A stretch of DNA of 64,000 nucleotides, taken from an uncultured Candidatus Sumerlaeota bacterium (GTDB lineage Bacteria; Sumerlaeota; Sumerlaeia; MVZB01; JAJFLK01). The notes below the pieces were generated by a model that ran no database searches, was not told where the DNA came from, and was given only the letters and a program-made list of their open reading frames with translations. The position numbers and the translations under genes are program-made. Location: contig CAZRCZ010000003.1 of assembly GCA_964598765.1 (NCBI GenBank), forward strand, positions 152,423 to 216,422, written 5' to 3'. Below, in pieces: positions 34,136 to 43,039 of this stretch. Every line of letters starts with the position of its first letter. Position 1 is the first letter of the stretch.

Positions 34136-34184
34136 GATCTCTCGTAGTTCCGCGCAGGCTGGAAGCATATGCTCCCATTACCTA

Positions 34185-34664
34185 TCACAGTTTCCTAACG
34201 TAATGAATCTGCCTCGCGGCTTCCTTGAATCCCATGGCCGGATAGAGATGCTCGCCGACCTCGTTGCCGACCAGCGTTTCGATTTTCGCCAGTTGCATCC
34301 CTTCCTTTTTGAGATAGGCCAAGGCGTGATCCAGCAATTTGCGTCCGATGCCGCGTCCTTGCGCACCCGCCGTGACGGCCAAGTTGGGAATCCGTCCGAT
34401 GCTTGCCTCGCGGTCCAGCGTCACGGTGACGTAACCCAGAATCTCCGGTTTGCCCGACTTGGCGGCTTCTTCGAAAACAAAAATGCCCGCAGAATTGGCG
34501 CGAACGTCGTCGTCAATGTGCCGCGCCTTGCGCCATGCCCAATCACGCCCGGCCACGATTCCGAACAGTTGCTCGATGTAATAATCAATTGCCGAGGGTC
34601 CGAAAACCTCGGTCGTGATTCGCTTGAGCGCATCGGTGTCTCCAGTTTTGAAAGGGCGAATCAT
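34185..34664 (-). CDS. GNAT-family N-acetyltransferase
   Basis: Acetyl-CoA motif A 'LAVTAGAQGRGIGRKLLDHAL' and 'YPAMGFKE'. Its start overlaps the MFS stop by 4 nt. Confidence 0.85.
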   Translation of the reverse strand: MIRPFKTGDTDALKRITTEVFGPSAIDYYIEQLFGIVAGRDWAWRKARHIDDDVRANSAGIFVFEEAAKSGKPEILGYVTVTLDREASIGRIPNLAVTAGAQGRGIGRKLLDHALAYLKKEGMQLAKIETLVGNEVGEHLYPAMGFKEAARQIHYVRKL

Positions 34665-35995
34665 CGGTTTGCGGGTTCCTCGTCTTCGTCGGTCGGGAGC
34701 GGGCGTCCTGCCGTTTCGGGGGCGAAAAACATCACGGCGGCTCCGACCAGATAAATCATCGCCATCGCAATCGCCGTCGAGCGAAAAACCGGGACATCGG
34801 GAAATGCGTTTTGCATGGGTTTCCTTATGTAATTGGGCACGAGCGTCAGGACCGCCGCCAAATACCGCCCGACATTATAGCAGAACGAAACTCCGGTGGA
34901 ACGGAGCCGCGTCGGAAAAATTTCAGGAAAATAAACCGCGTATCCTCCAAAAAGAGCAAGCGTTCCGACGCCAAGAATGAGGCCGAAGGGAATGATTTGC
35001 GAGCCGCGATCCAGAAATCCGAAAACGACGATCACCGCCGCCAATCCGAGAAGACAGGAGAGTTGGAACGTCAACCTTCTGCCGATCCTCGCGCTGACGA
35101 ACGCGAATCCCGACATGCTGACGAACGCCCCCAGATCCTGACAAAAAAGCATGATGCTCTTGTGATGCGTGATGGTCGTCGCGTCCAATCCCGGAAACGC
35201 GCTGGCGACCAATTCCGGCGAAAAAAAACTCACGCCCCAAAGTCCGGTCACGCCGACGACGGCGATCGTTCCTCCGAGCAAAGCATTATTTCTCCAGCGC
35301 GGAATGGAAAAGAGATCGCGGTAGGATCCCATCCGTTTGCCCGTTCCGGCTTGCGCGAGCGCTTTGGATCGAATCCACGAATCCGGCTCCTTCAATTTGC
35401 GAAGCACGAGAACGACCATCAAAGCCGGAACCGCGCCGACAAAGAAAAGATACCGCCAACTGACCGGCAAAACGAAATACCCGATGGCCGCGCCGGTCAT
35501 ATTCCCGACCGCCGAAAGCCCTTGCAGAACCCCCAAGGCATAGGGACGCGGACGTTCCGGCACAACCTCGGCCAAAAGCGATACTCCCGCCGAAAATTCT
35601 CCTCCAACTCCCAAGCCCGTTAGGAAACGATACCCCATGAATTCATACGGCGTGCGCGCGAAACCGGAAAGCGCGGTGAACGCCGCATAGACCAAAATCG
35701 TGAGGAGCATCGTTTTGGCGCGGCCCCATTTGTCCCCTAAGATTCCAAAGATGATTCCTCCCGTTGCCCAGCCGATGATGAAGATCGTTGTCGCCCAGCG
35801 CCCCATGGCGTCGGGATCGCCGTCGGCCCCTACGAGTTCCTTCATCGCCGCGCCGCGCGCCAAGACAAAAATGCGCTGGTCCATCGTGTCGAACAGCCAG
35901 CCGAGCGAACAAACGATGAATATCCACCAGTGATAGGAGTTCATCTCCTTATACCAAGGGATTTTCGGTTTGAGGGAAGGCGAAGCGGGAGTCAT
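34661..35995 (-). CDS. MFS transporter
   Basis: About 12 predicted TM helices and the MFS loop motif 'GILGDKWGRAKTM'. Confidence 0.8.
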   Translation of the reverse strand: MTPASPSLKPKIPWYKEMNSYHWWIFIVCSLGWLFDTMDQRIFVLARGAAMKELVGADGDPDAMGRWATTIFIIGWATGGIIFGILGDKWGRAKTMLLTILVYAAFTALSGFARTPYEFMGYRFLTGLGVGGEFSAGVSLLAEVVPERPRPYALGVLQGLSAVGNMTGAAIGYFVLPVSWRYLFFVGAVPALMVVLVLRKLKEPDSWIRSKALAQAGTGKRMGSYRDLFSIPRWRNNALLGGTIAVVGVTGLWGVSFFSPELVASAFPGLDATTITHHKSIMLFCQDLGAFVSMSGFAFVSARIGRRLTFQLSCLLGLAAVIVVFGFLDRGSQIIPFGLILGVGTLALFGGYAVYFPEIFPTRLRSTGVSFCYNVGRYLAAVLTLVPNYIRKPMQNAFPDVPVFRSTAIAMAMIYLVGAAVMFFAPETAGRPLPTDEDEEPANR

Positions 35996-36055
35996 GGACG
36001 CTCGGAATTTCGGGACGGAATTTCGGCGGGATTCTTTCAGAGCGTCGGGATGATG

Positions 36056-36766
36056 TCAACCTTGCGGGTGTTGCGCCGAATGTGAATCGGCCGTTCTGTC
36101 GGAAAGTTTCACCAGTTGAGCGTTGTGAATTCCATGGAGCGTCGCTTGCGCCGTGAGGGAACCGATGAGCGCGAAAAACATGTCCCACTGGGTATCCCAC
36201 GGGTCCCCTTGGGTTCCGAGAAAAGCGTCGGCGGCGCTTCCGGTCGCCTCGGCCACGCCCCATTCGAGCAATTCATAGAGGGCGCTGATTGCCATGCAGA
36301 CGCAAAACACAAGAAAGAAAAGCAGTTTGCCGCGCCGGAGCGGCGACTTGCGCAGGAGAATTTCGCGCGCGATCATCGCCGGAACAAACCCCTGCGCGAA
36401 ATGGCCAAGCCGGTCGTAATGGTTTCGGCTGAATCCAAAGGCGTCCCGGATCCAATTGAAAAGAGGCATTTCGGCGTAGGTGTAATGTCCGCCCACGAGA
36501 AGAATCAAGGTGTGAAGCCAAATCAAGATGTAAACCAGCGGCGTGAATTTCCAACGGGGATAGAGGACGGTCAAAAAAATCGCCCCGCCAATCGCGGGAA
36601 ATGTTTCCAGAAACCAAGTGAACAAATCATGCGGCCGGATGAGCGACCAAATCAACGCCGCGCCGAAGGAAATCCAGAGAAACCAATGGAGACGTTTCTC
36701 GCGCGGAGGCGGAGTGGATGGGTTCAATTGTGATTGCGTGTCCATTGGACTTCTTTCGAGCATCAC
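36056..36766 (-). CDS. DUF2238 (YjdF-like) inner-membrane protein
   Basis: 'FSRNHYDRLGHFAQGFVPA' and 'GTQGDPWDTQWDM' are as I recall for the YjdF family, with several TM helices. Confidence 0.7.
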   Translation of the reverse strand: MMLERSPMDTQSQLNPSTPPPREKRLHWFLWISFGAALIWSLIRPHDLFTWFLETFPAIGGAIFLTVLYPRWKFTPLVYILIWLHTLILLVGGHYTYAEMPLFNWIRDAFGFSRNHYDRLGHFAQGFVPAMIAREILLRKSPLRRGKLLFFLVFCVCMAISALYELLEWGVAEATGSAADAFLGTQGDPWDTQWDMFFALIGSLTAQATLHGIHNAQLVKLSDRTADSHSAQHPQG

Positions 36767-38238
36767 TTTATATCCAACTTATAAGGGGCCAACCGAAGAA
36801 TTTCCTCCGGAATATCCTCCAATTCGAGAAACTCGATTCTCAACCGATTCATACCCGCAACGGCTTCCAATTCCACGGGCGATGGAATCGGACGGACGCT
36901 GACAAACCACAGCGTCGCTTTGGGATTCGACGCCACTCTTGCGCGAATCTGTTCGGCGTCGAACGGAAGAAACTTATACGGTTGCCTCAGATAATAGATC
37001 AGCGCACCATGCGTGTAGGGGGGGTCCATAACCAGCATGTCGCCCGGATGGAAGCGTCGGTCGAGTTCCTTGGCCGCGACGTCGAATGGGCGTTTCTGGC
37101 GACTGTCGAAATAATCAACGTGGTAGCGGACCATTCCTCCAAGAATCATCGAGGACAGGAGAAGAGGAGCTATCGGTCCGAATCGGAGACGCAAATCGGA
37201 AAGGCCAAGGGCAACCAGCAAGTAAAACGGAATCGTTGCGATAATTTCGTAGCGTTGGCCGAAAAAGACTATGGGATGGAAAATAGAAACCAAAAGGGGC
37301 AGGCCGAGCGCGCAGGCGAAAAATGGGAGCAAGAGAAATCGCGCATCGGGACGATCCGAGGGCGTTCCTCCCGAATTCGATCTTGGAAAAGCCGCTACTA
37401 ACGGCATCGCGAAGGCGACGCATGAGGGGATAATGATCCACCACGGTTTGGGCAGGATGAAAACTCCATAGCAAAAGGAGTTCAGAATCCCGTGAAATGT
37501 GTCCACGGAAAGGGGAGGAATCCAACCGATGTTCTGTCCCGTTTGCATTTGCCGGGTCATTTGCAAGAAACCCGGAATGGACAAGGCGATGGTCCATACA
37601 CACCAGCAGGCAAAAGTCAGGGCGGATCGCATTTCCCGCCGACCGAAGATTGTTAGATGGAACATCCAATAAAGTCCAACGAAGGCGACGATGAAGAGAT
37701 AATAAAAGTGGGTGAAGACGGCTCCGGCGGTTGCGACAAACAGACCCGCCGATTCAAGTATCCATCGGCGAGGCGAGAGCGGGCGGGACCAAAGGTCAAA
37801 CGCAAACAGAACGATCAAAACCTCCCAAAATACCAGTAGCGAATACATCCGCGCCTCTTGCGCATACCAGAGATGAAAAGGGGACAATCCGAGGAAAAGC
37901 GTGGCGAGAAGGGAGGTCCCATCGCCGATCATCCGTCGAGCGAGAAACCAAAATAGGGGGATGGTCAAAAGCGAGATGACCGCGGAAAAACTCCGAATCG
38001 AGACCAGCGAGTTGGAGAAGACGCCGCCCCACATTTTGGCGAGAAAAAAATAAAGAGGCGGGTTGGCTTCCGACGTCGTAATCGCGCGTGAGATCGCGTC
38101 AAAAGAGGGTTGCGAGACCAATCCGAGGGTGGAAGCTTCGTCCCCCCAGATGCTTTCCTCGCCGATCTGATAAAACCGAAGAAAAGCCGAGACGGCGAGG
38201 ATAAGAATCAGACAGGAAGTTTGGAAGCGGGAGTTCAT
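36763..38238 (-). CDS. ArnT/PMT-like glycosyltransferase (GT39/GT83 type, lipid-linked sugar donor)
   Basis: 'LRFYQIGEESIWGDEASTLG...ANPPLYFFLAKMW' and many TM helices. ATG at 38238; the ORF is open to 38313 through a repeat arm. Confidence 0.65.
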   Translation of the reverse strand: MNSRFQTSCLILILAVSAFLRFYQIGEESIWGDEASTLGLVSQPSFDAISRAITTSEANPPLYFFLAKMWGGVFSNSLVSIRSFSAVISLLTIPLFWFLARRMIGDGTSLLATLFLGLSPFHLWYAQEARMYSLLVFWEVLIVLFAFDLWSRPLSPRRWILESAGLFVATAGAVFTHFYYLFIVAFVGLYWMFHLTIFGRREMRSALTFACWCVWTIALSIPGFLQMTRQMQTGQNIGWIPPLSVDTFHGILNSFCYGVFILPKPWWIIIPSCVAFAMPLVAAFPRSNSGGTPSDRPDARFLLLPFFACALGLPLLVSIFHPIVFFGQRYEIIATIPFYLLVALGLSDLRLRFGPIAPLLLSSMILGGMVRYHVDYFDSRQKRPFDVAAKELDRRFHPGDMLVMDPPYTHGALIYYLRQPYKFLPFDAEQIRARVASNPKATLWFVSVRPIPSPVELEAVAGMNRLRIEFLELEDIPEEILRLAPYKLDIK

Positions 38239-38265
38239 TGCTCCAATCGGGAAACTCTCCGGCAT

Positions 38266-38298
38266 CTTGAGAGCAAGAGCAAGAGTTAGAGCAGGAGA
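38266..38298. repeat. Solo arm of the hairpin family ('gagcaaga' type)
   Basis: 'cttgagagcaagagcaagagttagagcaggag'. Complementary arms occur at 41247-41272 and 47453-47484. Confidence 0.7.
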
Positions 38299-38333
38299 AA
38301 GGAAAAATGGCACGCCGGTTCAGCGGACCCGCG

Positions 38334-41231
38334 CTACATGCCCGAGCCTTTCTCTAGAAACGCGAACAAATCCACCAAGTCTTGAAGCGACATGGTGTCG
38401 AGAAGGCCCTCCGGCATGATTGAAACCGTGGAGGGTCGGCGCTCGACAATTTGATCCTTCGGCACGTCGGTTTTGTCCCCCGTCGCGGTGATGAGCGTGA
38501 GCGTCGCGTCGGTTTCGCCCGCCAACATCCCGTTGACCGTGTCGTGATTCTTGAGTTCCACGTTCAACGCCGTGTATTGATCGGAAATGACCTTGGAGGG
38601 ATACATGATGGACTCCAGAATTTCGCGCCGACGGAACCGCTTGACGACGTTGGAGAGATCGGGTCCGCCTCCTTTGCCTTCCGTTCCAAAGACGTGGCAA
38701 TTGGCGCACTTGGCGCGCTGGAATACCCGCTTGCCTCGCTCGGCATTCGCCTTTTCATAGGTCATCGGATCGAATTCAAGATATTCGCTCAACTCTTGGT
38801 AACCCATCTGAGCCAAATCCGTTTGCCCCTTGGCCGGACGATCACCCTCGATTTCCGCCCGGAGCGTTTCGGCCCGTTTGGCCCGCTCGGCCAGTTGCTT
38901 TTCCTTTCGCTCCTGCGCGCTTCTCTTCTCCTCTTGGGAAAGATTGGCCAGAACCGATTCCCACAAGTCGTTGATGTAACCTTCCATGCTGGCCGCGCCC
39001 CCCATCTCCCGCCCGCGATCAAACCATTCGATCAATCGCTTGCGTTGGTCCTGCGTCCATCCTTTGTTGATGACGCGCAGGGCATAAACGGCGTGGATTT
39101 GGTCTTCCTGAGCCTTCTTTGGATCGAGTTGCGCCAGCATTGGCTCAATCGCGCCCGGGGTTTGCATATAACCCAAAAGTATTTCCAACTCGCGGTGCAC
39201 ACGCGGATCGGAAGCGGGATAGAGGGGAAGAAGCCTTCGTCCGATTTCGTTCATGAATCCGCGTCGTCCCGGATCGGCGGGAATAAGATCCCGGATAAAG
39301 GCGACCTCAAGCATCCGCAGATAAGCGCAAAGCGTGTCGTCCTTCATCGGCGCGCGGCTGTATTGGAGGAGTTTGTCGAAGACCATATCGGCGTCGCGGA
39401 CCAGACCTTGGGTCAGCGTCGCGGCGAGCAAGCCTTCCAGCGCGCCGCGCGGGCGGGATTCAATGCTGTCGTCGGCGACGGCGTCAATCCAAGCCCGACG
39501 ATCCACGCGCATCAGGGCCAGCTTCGCGGACCAGCGCAGATGGCTGTCCTCGCTGTCGAGCAAAGCGAAAAGCTTTTTGACCAAATGATCCTTGGCGGAA
39601 ACTGGCGTGTCCGAATTCAGTCCGGCGCGAACCAGCGACTCGCACGCGCGGCGGGCCACGAGTCCGTCGTCGTCCCCCAGCGCGTTGACCAAGGCGTCTC
39701 TGGTTTCATCCAATCGGAAGGTTCCGAGCAGGAGAACCGCCGACGCGCGAACTTCGGCGTCACGGTCGCGCGCAAGTTTCTCAAGAAATTTGAGGTCGGG
39801 CTTGGGACCATGCGTTTGCAACAATTCCAAAGCGCGGACGCGATGAGATGACGAAGCCCGCGTGTCCTGAATCGTTTTTCGCAACTCGCTTTCCCATGGC
39901 GCGCCCAGTTCTTTTTTGACTTTTTCGATTGCGGCCTCGCCCCAAGACGAGCGATGCATCGGTTGATCCAGCGCGGCATTGAGGCCTGCCGTCGCGGGTT
40001 TGAATTCATTATTTCCTTTGTATCGAACTCGGAATAGCCCTCCCGTCGTGGAGCGTCCTCCCGTGGCGAAATAGAGAAGACCGTCCGGTCCGATTTCCAA
40101 ATCGGTGACATTAAGCGGCTCGCCTAGGACAAATTCGACGCTCTTGCCCTCGTAAGTCGCTCCGTGCCGCTGGTTGAAGGTTGCCAGAATTCTTCCGCGT
40201 GACCAATCCCCCAAGAAAAGCGCGCCGTAAAATTTTTCGGGGTAGACATGATGCTCGTAAACCGCCATTCCAACCGGCGAGCCACGTCCGGCGTCCTCCA
40301 TCGGCGGGAGCATGTCGAAATAGTAGTTGGGAAAAACCCCCGATCCGGTCCGCCAGCCGTAATCGCCGCCGGGAATGCAATGGACGACGCGGATCGGACG
40401 ATACCACGGAAGGCCGACGTCCCATTCCATATCCGAATCAAACGTGAAAATTTCTCCGAGGTCGTTCTCCGCAAAATCAAAGGCGTTGCGGAATCCGGCG
40501 CAGAATTGGCTCCATTGTTTGGTTGCCAAATTCAATCGCATCACGACGCCTCCCGGAGCGCGGATGTTCGTCGCGTGGCCGCGCGGATCAACGTAACGCG
40601 GCAACAACTGGTCCTCCTCCAGCCAGCGCGAAGGGGACGCCGGATCGGGCGTAACGTCGGGGTAAGAATGATTTCCATACATCACATAAATCTGGCCGTC
40701 GTAGCCGGTGAGAATTGCGTGGGGACCATGCTCGCCGATGCCGCCGATCCGCGATCCGGCGATGAACTCAACCTTGTCGGCCACGTCGTCGCCGTTGGTG
40801 TCGGTCACGCGGTAAAGTCCCGCCCCTTTCGGTCCGTTGGAGCAGACCAACAAATCGCCGGGACCGATAAAGTGCATTCCGTGCGCGGTTTGAATTTCGG
40901 AGCAGAAAACCTTCACGCCGTCGTATTTTCCGTCCTTCTTGGAATCGGTTAGGAGAACGATGCCATTGTGTTCGAGGCTGAGCGCGGGTCGCCCCTGATA
41001 ATCGAACGTCATGTTGACGACGGAACCGACCAGATCGTTTCCGGCGACCTCCTCGACCTCAAACCCTTCGGGCGCGATGAACCGCCGCTTATCGTGGCTG
41101 GGGCGTTCCTTGCGCGTGGATTGCTCCGGAAGCAGGGGCTTGACATCCAAGGCGCGACTGGAAGTTTGGAATCCCAACCCCAACGCAACGACGAGAATGA
41201 TGGATTTCAACGCGAAGATTCGATGATTCAT
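38334..41231 (-). CDS. PVC-type haem-binding CxxCH protein (membrane-bound dehydrogenase domain + HEAT repeats + C-terminal cytochrome c)
   Basis: C-terminal 'AKCANCHVFGTEGKGGGPDLSNV...ILESIMYPSKVISDQY' is the Pirellula/Verrucomicrobium-type haem-binding domain. The N-terminal 'FEVEEVAGNDLVGSVVNMTFD' propeller-like domain and central HEAT-like repeats are also present. ATG at 41231 ('MNHRIFALKS'). Confidence 0.85.
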   Translation of the reverse strand: MNHRIFALKSIILVVALGLGFQTSSRALDVKPLLPEQSTRKERPSHDKRRFIAPEGFEVEEVAGNDLVGSVVNMTFDYQGRPALSLEHNGIVLLTDSKKDGKYDGVKVFCSEIQTAHGMHFIGPGDLLVCSNGPKGAGLYRVTDTNGDDVADKVEFIAGSRIGGIGEHGPHAILTGYDGQIYVMYGNHSYPDVTPDPASPSRWLEEDQLLPRYVDPRGHATNIRAPGGVVMRLNLATKQWSQFCAGFRNAFDFAENDLGEIFTFDSDMEWDVGLPWYRPIRVVHCIPGGDYGWRTGSGVFPNYYFDMLPPMEDAGRGSPVGMAVYEHHVYPEKFYGALFLGDWSRGRILATFNQRHGATYEGKSVEFVLGEPLNVTDLEIGPDGLLYFATGGRSTTGGLFRVRYKGNNEFKPATAGLNAALDQPMHRSSWGEAAIEKVKKELGAPWESELRKTIQDTRASSSHRVRALELLQTHGPKPDLKFLEKLARDRDAEVRASAVLLLGTFRLDETRDALVNALGDDDGLVARRACESLVRAGLNSDTPVSAKDHLVKKLFALLDSEDSHLRWSAKLALMRVDRRAWIDAVADDSIESRPRGALEGLLAATLTQGLVRDADMVFDKLLQYSRAPMKDDTLCAYLRMLEVAFIRDLIPADPGRRGFMNEIGRRLLPLYPASDPRVHRELEILLGYMQTPGAIEPMLAQLDPKKAQEDQIHAVYALRVINKGWTQDQRKRLIEWFDRGREMGGAASMEGYINDLWESVLANLSQEEKRSAQERKEKQLAERAKRAETLRAEIEGDRPAKGQTDLAQMGYQELSEYLEFDPMTYEKANAERGKRVFQRAKCANCHVFGTEGKGGGPDLSNVVKRFRRREILESIMYPSKVISDQYTALNVELKNHDTVNGMLAGETDATLTLITATGDKTDVPKDQIVERRPSTVSIMPEGLLDTMSLQDLVDLFAFLEKGSGM

Positions 41232-41246
41232 CTTTTTTCCTATTTC

Positions 41247-41272
41247 GTGCTCTTGATCTTGCTCTTGCTTTG
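41247..41272. repeat. Solo arm of the hairpin family ('ctcttgct' orientation)
   Basis: 'gtgctcttgatcttgctcttgctttg', inverted relative to 38266-38298. Confidence 0.7.
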
Positions 41273-41335
41273 GCCCGGAGGCTGGGAATCTGAAATCGCG
41301 CATCCGAAATTTCCTATCTCAAATCTCAAATCGCT

Positions 41336-42013
41336 TTACTTCAATTCTTTAATTTTCAAATCCTTGAAACTGACCATCATCGCCGGACCGGCATGGATTT
41401 GCAGACCGATGGCTCCTTCTTTGGCTCCCGCGGGATCGTCCATGTCGAGGACCGTTTTGCCGTTAAAGACCATTTTGACGTGATCCCCCTTGCAAGTGAT
41501 TTCGTATTCGTTCCAGTCGGTCGGTTTGGCCAACGCGCCGACGGCTTTCTTGTCGGCGTCGCTCATGTTCTTCCAGTAATCCATGATGCCCCGCTTTCGC
41601 TCTTCGTAAAGCATCCCCCAAAAACCGTCCGCCGCGTCGGCCTGATAACCGGCCATCACGTATTCGGGGAGTTGCTCGCTCCGAAATTGAATTCCGCTGT
41701 TGTGGTTGCGGAGTTTGATTTTGGCGCGGAGGATGAAATCGGAATAATGCTTCTCGGTCGAGAGGAAAGTGTTGTGTTCGGCCTTGGTCTGGTCGGTCGA
41801 GCCGACAATCACGCCGTCCACGACTTTCCAAAATCGCGGGTCACCCTTCCAACCCGTGAGGTCCTTGCCGTTGAAAATGGGAACGAATCCTTCATCGCCT
41901 TTGGCTGTGTCGTTGGTTTTGGATTTATCTTCCGCCCGAGCCAAAATCGAAATGACGGCAATCATCGTGATCGCCCAAAAGCGGCATGGCGTGACAAAAT
42001 GGCGTTTCTTCAT
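41336..42013 (-). CDS. DUF1080 (3-keto-disaccharide hydrolase-like, concanavalin fold) protein
   Basis: 'FVPIFNGKDLTGWKGDPRFWKVVDGVIVG', 'NSGIQFRS' and 'IGLQIHAG...VSFKDLKIKEL'. Confidence 0.85.
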   Translation of the reverse strand: MKKRHFVTPCRFWAITMIAVISILARAEDKSKTNDTAKGDEGFVPIFNGKDLTGWKGDPRFWKVVDGVIVGSTDQTKAEHNTFLSTEKHYSDFILRAKIKLRNHNSGIQFRSEQLPEYVMAGYQADAADGFWGMLYEERKRGIMDYWKNMSDADKKAVGALAKPTDWNEYEITCKGDHVKMVFNGKTVLDMDDPAGAKEGAIGLQIHAGPAMMVSFKDLKIKELK

Positions 42014-42115
42014 GTTTGGTTCTCTCCTCTGCGGCGAGATCGGTCAAATTGGCGTCAAATGACGCGGGATTCTAGGCCATTCTCCGATGAATAGGCAAGG
42101 ACGGATGAGGGTTCT

Positions 42116-42997
42116 TTACGACTGATTCTTCCAGAGCCTCAGGATACCGAGTCGGCAAAGAGCGAAATCGTATTTCACGGGATCGTCGGGCGAGAAACGG
42201 CGGAAAAAATCAGTGATTTCCTTGCGCGTCCGCGCATCGGCGATTTTTCGCCGCGTCGCGCCGAGGTGTTTTGAAATCCGCAAGATGTGCGTGTCCACGG
42301 GGAATTCCAAATCGGCGGGGCTTTCCGCGCTCCATAATCCAAGGTCAATTCCGTCATCCGGGCGAATGACCCATCGTAGAAACATATTAAGCCTTTTGCA
42401 CGCGCTCGGTCCGTTGGCCATCGGAAGGAGATAATAAAATGAAATTGGGCGTCCGGAATTGCGCGGAGGCACGCCGTCAGAAAAATAGTCCTCCAAATCC
42501 AGCTTCAAGGCTTCATCAATGAACCGTCCCGCTCGATCCGCCACCGTTTCGCCTTTCGCCTTTCGCCTTTCGCCTTCACGTTGCGCCGCTCTCCAAAAAT
42601 TCTCGATGGACCCCCAGCCTCGCAACATTTGGCCGAGAAGGTGAATGAGCGCCGAAAGATCGCGGTCGTCGTTGAAGCGATGGTAGAAACCCTCCAGCGC
42701 GCGGTCGGATTTTCCGGGAACAAAATTGCGGGCGAAATTTGCCGGAGAGCGTCCCATTCGTTTGAACAAATCGCGGAGCGAACGATCAATCTGGGCCACG
42801 TTGCCGTATGCAAGCGAGGCGGCAAGAAAGGCGGCGATCTCACGATCCGCCCAATTCGCATAGCTCCGAGGCCAACTTAATGGATCATTCCGGATGAAAC
42901 GGGGATGATGGTAGCGATCCAAGAGGCGATTCAAAAACGGCGCAAGATTTGCCGGTCGAGATTTCGAAAATTGGCGAGAAATCTGAGGAATAATCAC
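42116..42997 (-). CDS. TIGR02757/DUF2400 family protein
   Basis: 'DPLSWPRSYANWADREIAAFLAASLAYGNV' and 'FPVDTHILRISKHLG' fit my recollection of this family. Confidence 0.6.
   Translation of the reverse strand: MIIPQISRQFSKSRPANLAPFLNRLLDRYHHPRFIRNDPLSWPRSYANWADREIAAFLAASLAYGNVAQIDRSLRDLFKRMGRSPANFARNFVPGKSDRALEGFYHRFNDDRDLSALIHLLGQMLRGWGSIENFWRAAQREGERRKAKGETVADRAGRFIDEALKLDLEDYFSDGVPPRNSGRPISFYYLLPMANGPSACKRLNMFLRWVIRPDDGIDLGLWSAESPADLEFPVDTHILRISKHLGATRRKIADARTRKEITDFFRRFSPDDPVKYDFALCRLGILRLWKNQS
42547..42574. repeat. Perfect heptanucleotide tandem repeat (tttcgcc)x4 inside CDS 42116-42997
   Basis: Four exact 7-nt units at 42547, 42554, 42561 and 42568. They encode 'GERRKAKGE' on the minus strand. 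Confidence 0.95.
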
Positions 42998-43039
42998 TCA
43001 ACCAAATTAACAGAGATGAACGGGTTTTACAGGATGATT

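Noticed and set aside
38451-39851. 466-aa plus-strand ORF, and similar long antisense ORFs at 11333-12814, 51592-52419, 52480-53376 and 58337-59281
   Set aside because: Each lies opposite a CDS with strong family motifs (PVC haem-binding protein, CCP fusion, acylase, Nudix-MBL). Their translations are Arg-rich and lack motifs.
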